DNA of 64,000 nt. It comes from an uncultured Bacillota bacterium. Its GTDB lineage: Bacteria > Bacillota_I > Bacilli_A > RF39 > UBA660. Position 1 is the stretch's first letter. Each line of letters begins with the position of its first letter. The notes beneath the pieces are model-generated. The model saw nothing but the letters and a program-made list of their open reading frames with translations, made no database searches and was not told the origin of the DNA. The stretch spans positions 1,099,298 through 1,163,297 of the forward strand of contig OW818670.1 of NCBI GenBank assembly GCA_942493215.1. Direction: 5' to 3'. A program made the translations under genes and the position numbers. Positions 59,318 through 64,000 of this stretch are shown in pieces.

Positions 59318-60211
59318 CTATATAGTTAGATTATCAATAATTTCATTAATAATATTATCATTTAGATCAAGTATTTCATTTATTAAACCAATTTCGGGAT
59401 GAATATTATCAGGAATATGAAAATCAGAACCTATCGTTGTTATTAAGTTATGGTCTTTAGCTATTTTATTCCATTTATCAATCTCATTAATTTTATTATT
59501 ATGACGATCAATATATATGTAATTAGATTCTATACCATCAACTTTTATTTCTTTTATTAACGCTAATACATCATCATCACTTAAACCATCTTCGTATTTA
59601 TATGCAACAGGGTGAGCAAGAATTACTTTACCTCCCGCTCTTTTTATTAATGAGGATGCATCTGCTGGTGTTATTTTTAATTTTTCTACATAAGCAGGGC
59701 ATCCTTCATTCATTATAGTTTCTATAAATTCCCCTTTGCTAGGAATATGATTAAAAGTTTTTAAAAGTAATTCTTTATTTTGATCATTATTTATAATATC
59801 AAGCGCAATATTAGCTTTAGTAATAGCAATTATCTTATCTAAAGCTTCAGTATTTAAAATATAACCTAATTGCTCTAGTTTAGTTGCAACATTATATAAA
59901 TAGTCATGCCTAGAATTTCTTAAGGCTAATAGTTGTTGTTTTAATTCTTGATTATTAATATCAAAATTATATCCTAAAATATGAACACTAGCTTTATTAC
60001 TTTTAGTTGATATTTCTACCGCATTAATAATCTTAATATTCTTATCTTTGGCATAGTTATATAGATCATTATTATAAGCATCAATCGTATCATGATCGGC
60101 AATTGCTATAACACTAACACCATTTTTTACTGCAACATCTATTACCTCTTTAGGAGAAAGAGATCCATCAGAACAATTAGTATGAATATGTAAGTCAATT
60201 ATTTTTGCCAT
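59318..60211 (-). CDS. PHP-domain (polymerase/histidinol phosphatase) metal-dependent phosphoesterase
   Basis: IDLHIHTNCSDGS and IAIADHDT N-terminal PHP motifs. Confidence 0.8.
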   Translation of the reverse strand: MAKIIDLHIHTNCSDGSLSPKEVIDVAVKNGVSVIAIADHDTIDAYNNDLYNYAKDKNIKIINAVEISTKSNKASVHILGYNFDINNQELKQQLLALRNSRHDYLYNVATKLEQLGYILNTEALDKIIAITKANIALDIINNDQNKELLLKTFNHIPSKGEFIETIMNEGCPAYVEKLKITPADASSLIKRAGGKVILAHPVAYKYEDGLSDDDVLALIKEIKVDGIESNYIYIDRHNNKINEIDKWNKIAKDHNLITTIGSDFHIPDNIHPEIGLINEILDLNDNIINEIIDNLTI

Positions 60212-61167
60212 AATTCTACCCTCTCTATAAAACGTTCTTTTAAAGCTAATGTTTTATGTCTTCTCCTAACAGATTCTTGACCTGTTGTCACAAGATAATA
60301 ATATAGTTGTTCAACTGAATAACTGTTGGCAATAATGGCTCTTGTTTCATATAATACTTGTTTTAAATCATCACCAAAATTATATTCAGTTAAAGATGAA
60401 AGATAGTCATGAATAAAATTATAAGCTTCATCATCATATTGCCATTGTTTTCGATAAGACAATGGATGGATAGGTAAGTATGGTGTTTCACTATTTATTG
60501 ATGCTCGTTTTAACACAAGAGGAACTTGCTTAATAAGTGAAAAAAAGGTTGAGTATGGAATAATGTGGGCATCGATTGGTAAGGTTTTTTTAGGGATTTT
60601 TGTATTTTTTAAATCTTCATTTATTTCTGATAAATCAAATATTGTTTGAATAGGATTAGTATCAGATGAGTGGATACCAGTAGCTTCAAAGAGTGTAAAT
60701 AATTGTTCTTTAGCTTTATCAATATGATCATCTTCACAAACCATCCACATATCAAGATCAGGTAATCGCTTTATAAGTTTCCTTGGTTTTAGGGCATCTT
60801 CCATATTGGGACAAGGCTTACATATTTGTTTTAAATCAGGCATATCTTGATAATTTTGAGCCAAACAAGCTGAACAAGACCACATAGTATATTTACTCTT
60901 TGCTACAGCACTGTTTAATTCATTGTTATATCTAATTTGTTCACCAATTATAGGTAATTGTCCTGTTAAGTTTCCTCTCAAAGCATAAAAGGGATAACCT
61001 GTTCCAAATGAACCACAATTTCCTGATACTTTTGCTACAACGCCATTAAATAGAGAAATATTTTCAATAAAATAACATCTTTTTAAATCACTATTATTTT
61101 GCTCGAACTCATTTGATACTCTTGCTACTTCACTAACAATATTAATAGAATAACAATTATTTTTCAT
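60199..61167 (-). CDS. hypothetical protein with CxxC...CxxC zinc-ribbon insert, overlapping the PHP gene by 13 nt
   Basis: Start refined to ATG (minus 61167) after GGAGGGATATC; motifs SCSAC...CKPC and an acidic DLDMWMVCEDD patch; possible atypical nucleotidyltransferase, not established. Confidence 0.45.
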   Translation of the reverse strand: MKNNCYSINIVSEVARVSNEFEQNNSDLKRCYFIENISLFNGVVAKVSGNCGSFGTGYPFYALRGNLTGQLPIIGEQIRYNNELNSAVAKSKYTMWSCSACLAQNYQDMPDLKQICKPCPNMEDALKPRKLIKRLPDLDMWMVCEDDHIDKAKEQLFTLFEATGIHSSDTNPIQTIFDLSEINEDLKNTKIPKKTLPIDAHIIPYSTFFSLIKQVPLVLKRASINSETPYLPIHPLSYRKQWQYDDEAYNFIHDYLSSLTEYNFGDDLKQVLYETRAIIANSYSVEQLYYYLVTTGQESVRRRHKTLALKERFIERVELWQK

Positions 61168-61275
61168 GATATCCCTCCATAAAATTACGCATATTATAAC
61201 ACAAAAAATATAAGATGGCAATTACTGCCAAATAATATAATGCTATGTTAGACAATATAATTTATTCTATATTAT

Positions 61276-61303
61276 AAAAAAAATCAACTCTTTCGAATTG
61301 ATT
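61276..61303 (-). terminator. intrinsic terminator for the minus-strand 61342..61998 gene; near-identical copy at 62081..62107
   Basis: Minus strand reads AATCAATTCGAAAGAGTTGATTTTTTTT (stem AATCAA/TTGATT + U8). Confidence 0.5.
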
Positions 61304-61341
61304 AAACAATTTGTTTTATTAATATGGATTAATTATAACTA

Positions 61342-61998
61342 TTATCGAGATTTAGTACCAGCTAATCTTTTTTTAATATCTTCATCACTAGGTGATGCAT
61401 TAAAGTCAAATAAATCCTTTAAATTTTCTAGATCATATCCAGCTAATGTATTATTCATGTTTTGCAAACATTCACCTAAAGTTGAACCTGTTGCTGTAAC
61501 AAACATTTTTCTACAATCTTCAAATTGTCCACATTTTCTTATTTCCGATATAAATACTCCATCTATACAATAGCAATGTAAGGATATACCGGCTATTAAC
61601 CAGGTTTCTAAATCATTTTCACCAATGTAATTTGGTTGAAGGCATCTATGACATCGACCAGGATCAGAAGTTCTAGTTTGACCATTAAGAATGGCAACCT
61701 CAGCACGACTTAGTAGTTCAGATAAACTAGCATATACAAAACTGCAATATCCCATATCTTCAGATGATTCGCCCTCAGCCCGATTATAAGTGTGTATTTG
61801 TTTTAGTCCATGAATACCACCTGCAGCTTCTATTCTAATACAATATTTTCCATCCTTAATTGTTTCACCAAGTACCTCTAGTTGGGGTGTATTAGGTCTT
61901 AATCCCATTGCTAAAAAGCAAGCACTCATATTTTTAAATCTTTCTTCTAACTCAGCTCTTTTTTTAGCATAATATTCTTTTGTTTCTTGTTCAGTCAT
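61342..61998 (-). CDS. Cys/His-rich hypothetical protein
   Basis: 218-aa ORF with CHRC and HCYC motifs; followed on its strand by a hairpin plus U-run terminator. Confidence 0.45.
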   Translation of the reverse strand: MTEQETKEYYAKKRAELEERFKNMSACFLAMGLRPNTPQLEVLGETIKDGKYCIRIEAAGGIHGLKQIHTYNRAEGESSEDMGYCSFVYASLSELLSRAEVAILNGQTRTSDPGRCHRCLQPNYIGENDLETWLIAGISLHCYCIDGVFISEIRKCGQFEDCRKMFVTATGSTLGECLQNMNNTLAGYDLENLKDLFDFNASPSDEDIKKRLAGTKSR

Positions 61999-62080
61999 TA
62001 TATTTTCCCCCTTTAATACGGGTTATTATATCATTTTAAGTAAAAACGTCAAATCCATTAGTAATATTTCTTTTACAAAT

Positions 62081-62107
62081 AAAAAAATCAACTCTTACAA
62101 ATTGATT
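62081..62107 (-). terminator. second copy of the same terminator after the metallophosphoesterase gene
   Basis: AATCAATTTGTAAGAGTTGATTTTTTT on the minus strand; differs from 61276..61303 by two loop bases. Confidence 0.5.
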
Positions 62108-62112
62108 ATTGT

Positions 62113-62910
62113 TCATTTTCTTCTAATAGTTCTTACTTTATCTAAAACAGGCTCGTTATCAACTAAAGATATAGGTTTTATTACTATTTCATCTTCCGAT
62201 ATTTCCATTATTATAAAGTCAACATCTTCAGTATGGTTATTTTTACTTAACGATGGTACATATATTTTATAATCACTTGGTTGGAGTCTTATATTTCGAT
62301 AATTAGTACTATCACTAAAAATGTATTCATGATAGTGTCCAATTAAGGTTATACCTATATTATCTTTAGTGGAGGTTAAACCCATATCTTCACTCTCACT
62401 ATGTCGAAATAAAAAATCGATATTATCCCAATAATATACATCACTATGGAAGTTAAAATAGCTTGGATCAATTTGATTATTTGATGTGATATTGATTAAA
62501 TCGCGGCGATATTTGCATAATTCGTCAATCATACAAACCTGGCTTAAATTTTCACCAGGCATGATATCATGACCACCTCGAACAACATATGTTTTTATAG
62601 TAGGTATTTGCGGATAGTATAATGTAGCTCTTTCTATAGCTTGCTCGCACATATAACGTTCTAAAAGGTGATTATAATTTTTGTCTCTAGGAAAATTACC
62701 AAAATCAAAAAAGTCACCCAAGTGAAATACATCCTGAATACCAAGATCACTAATAATTTTATAGGTTATTCTAGTTTTAAAAGGGGATGCTAATTTACTA
62801 CCATTATGAGTATCTGATATTATAGCTAAACTTTTTGGCATTTTACTACCTATTAACATTTTAAAATCTTTTTTCGTTTCTAGAGCATCCAATATATAAC
62901 CTCCAATCAT
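62113..62910 (-). CDS. calcineurin-like metallophosphoesterase
   Basis: SDTHNG, GDFFDFG, GGHD, GHYH metal-binding motifs; start uncertain (internal GGAGG + TTG or ATG 62859 are alternatives to the track's 62910). Confidence 0.7.
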   Translation of the reverse strand: MIGGYILDALETKKDFKMLIGSKMPKSLAIISDTHNGSKLASPFKTRITYKIISDLGIQDVFHLGDFFDFGNFPRDKNYNHLLERYMCEQAIERATLYYPQIPTIKTYVVRGGHDIMPGENLSQVCMIDELCKYRRDLINITSNNQIDPSYFNFHSDVYYWDNIDFLFRHSESEDMGLTSTKDNIGITLIGHYHEYIFSDSTNYRNIRLQPSDYKIYVPSLSKNNHTEDVDFIIMEISEDEIVIKPISLVDNEPVLDKVRTIRRK

Positions 62911-63004
62911 ATATATTATGGCTTTATCAATGCCTATATTCTAACACATAATAGACTTTTTTAATATATACAATTGTTTTTAATAAAAAAATGTTAAGTA
63001 TACT

Positions 63005-63040
63005 TGACATCGCAAATAAATATGCATATAATATAAATGT
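63005..63040 (+). promoter_or_regulatory. sigma-A promoter TTGACA-17-TATAAT for the XRE regulator gene
   Basis: TTGACAtcgcaaataaatatgcaTATAAT. Confidence 0.45.
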
Positions 63041-63079
63041 AAAGCCAATTTTACATTTATACATTTGGGGGAATGAAAA

Positions 63080-63289
63080 TTGAAAAACAATTTAGAAAAG
63101 TTGCGAACGGAAAGAAAGATTAATCAGGAGAAACTTGCAGATAGTTTAGAGGTTTCAAGACAAACAATTATATCGCTTGAAAAAGGATACTATAATCCAT
63201 CTATTATATTGGCTTTTAAGATTGCTAAATATTTCAACAAGAGGATAGAAGATATATTTATTTATGAGGAGGAAAAAAATGAGGAATAA
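63080..63289 (+). CDS. XRE-family helix-turn-helix transcriptional regulator (69 aa)
   Basis: LRTERKINQEKLADSLEVSRQTIISLEKG HTH_XRE pattern. Confidence 0.8.
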   Translation: MKNNLEKLRTERKINQEKLADSLEVSRQTIISLEKGYYNPSIILAFKIAKYFNKRIEDIFIYEEEKNEE

Positions 63290-63710
63290 AAGTAAAACAG
63301 CATCATTAATTTGTTTAATCATTGGACTAGTAATAGTTATATTTTGTATAGTTGGTAAAGGATTAGAAATATTTGAGACTTATAAAACGATATTCGGAGT
63401 AATGTTAGGAATAGGTAGTGGCTTATTTGGTGGTGGATTAGGTCATCTAATAGATTCATATTTAGTTGATAAAGATCCTATATTAAAAAGAAAAAAAGAT
63501 ATTGAAGTTAATGATGAAAGAAATGTTTATATTACGAATAAAGCTAAGGCTAAAGCTTTTAGTGTTATGGAAAAAGTTTTCCCTATCACCATATTCATTA
63601 TTATTCTTTTAGATGCTGATTTTATTATTACCGCTATTATATTATCAGCATATTTATTAATGCACGCTACATATATTTACTACTTAAATAAATATTTAAA
63701 ACAAATGTAA
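63279..63710 (+). CDS. small multi-TM membrane protein co-transcribed with the XRE regulator
   Basis: Start refined to ATG 63279 after GAGGAGG; four predicted TM helices. Confidence 0.55.
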   Translation: MRNKSKTASLICLIIGLVIVIFCIVGKGLEIFETYKTIFGVMLGIGSGLFGGGLGHLIDSYLVDKDPILKRKKDIEVNDERNVYITNKAKAKAFSVMEKVFPITIFIIILLDADFIITAIILSAYLLMHATYIYYLNKYLKQM

Positions 63711-63842
63711 AAGTATGAAAATACTTTTTTTAATGGATAATTTGACTAAATAAAAAAATTATTTTAATTTTTAAAAAATATAGTATAATTATATTAGTAA
63801 CACATCTTGATTAGCAATAATTTTTAAGAGGAGTGTTGTTAA

Positions 63843-64000
63843 ATGAATGACTATGGAGAGATTATAAGCCTGCCCTATAAAATAGAAGAAATTTATGAAC
63901 CATTAAAGAAACTGTTAAAGTACGAAAAAATTAAACATATGTACTTACAAGATTTTGATGATGAAAACAAGATCTTAAATGTGATTTCTAAACCCTTTCT
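63843..64000 (+). CDS. 5' part of a hypothetical gene running off the window
   Basis: AAGAGGAG RBS then ATG 63843; ORF open to the end of the window. Confidence 0.3.
   Translation, partial: MNDYGEIISLPYKIEEIYEPLKKLLKYEKIKHMYLQDFDDENKILNVISKPF

Noticed and set aside
1-64000. CRISPR arrays, tRNA or rRNA genes, alternative genetic code
   Set aside because: No regularly spaced direct repeats and no tRNA-like cloverleaf candidates were seen. No rRNA-like conserved blocks were found. Trp is encoded by TGG and genes end in TAA, TAG or TGA (for example TGA at 7475-7477), so the standard bacterial code applies.

Overview
AT-rich (~28% GC) chromosomal segment of a low-GC Firmicute that uses the standard bacterial code (TGA, TAG and TAA all terminate ORFs; Trp is TGG). 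Gene content and order suggest an Erysipelotrichaceae-like or Clostridia-like genome with sporulation-gene remnants. The conserved core runs SpoU-type methyltransferase, rimM, trmD, rplS, lepB, then yqfC, yqfD, ybeY, dgkA, cdd, era, yqzL, recO, glyQS. The left edge is the right end of an integrated element. A large serine recombinase gene abuts a start-less 3' fragment of a SEDS (FtsW/RodA/SpoVE) gene. Next come a DinD-like gene and a divergent pair. On the minus strand, a consensus promoter drives a 55-aa acidic ORF translationally coupled to a 729-aa glycine-zipper membrane protein with a Pro/Thr linker and no signal peptide. On the plus strand a cluster encodes a PLP decarboxylase, a GNAT-like protein, a hybrid histidine kinase, an ANL adenylating enzyme, a second paralogous hybrid histidine kinase and a NUDIX hydrolase. 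A strong GEMM c-di-GMP-I riboswitch match with a terminator expression platform precedes a 1201-aa N-terminally anchored Ig-like repeat surface protein carrying three near-identical 267-bp tandem repeats. A glycine-type T-box leader precedes glyQS. The right third (about 42-63 kb) is accessory: CotF-like pair, ZIP transporter, two degenerate GDPD-like proteins, LysR, WG-repeat protein, an ANT(2'')-like nucleotidyltransferase next to a PF12224-type amidoligase, GNAT, VanZ, transglutaminase-like, Fic, PHP, a zinc-ribbon protein, a Cys-rich protein, a metallophosphoesterase and an XRE regulator. No rRNA, tRNA or CRISPR array was seen. All product calls rest on motif-level recognition from the translations; no database search was possible.
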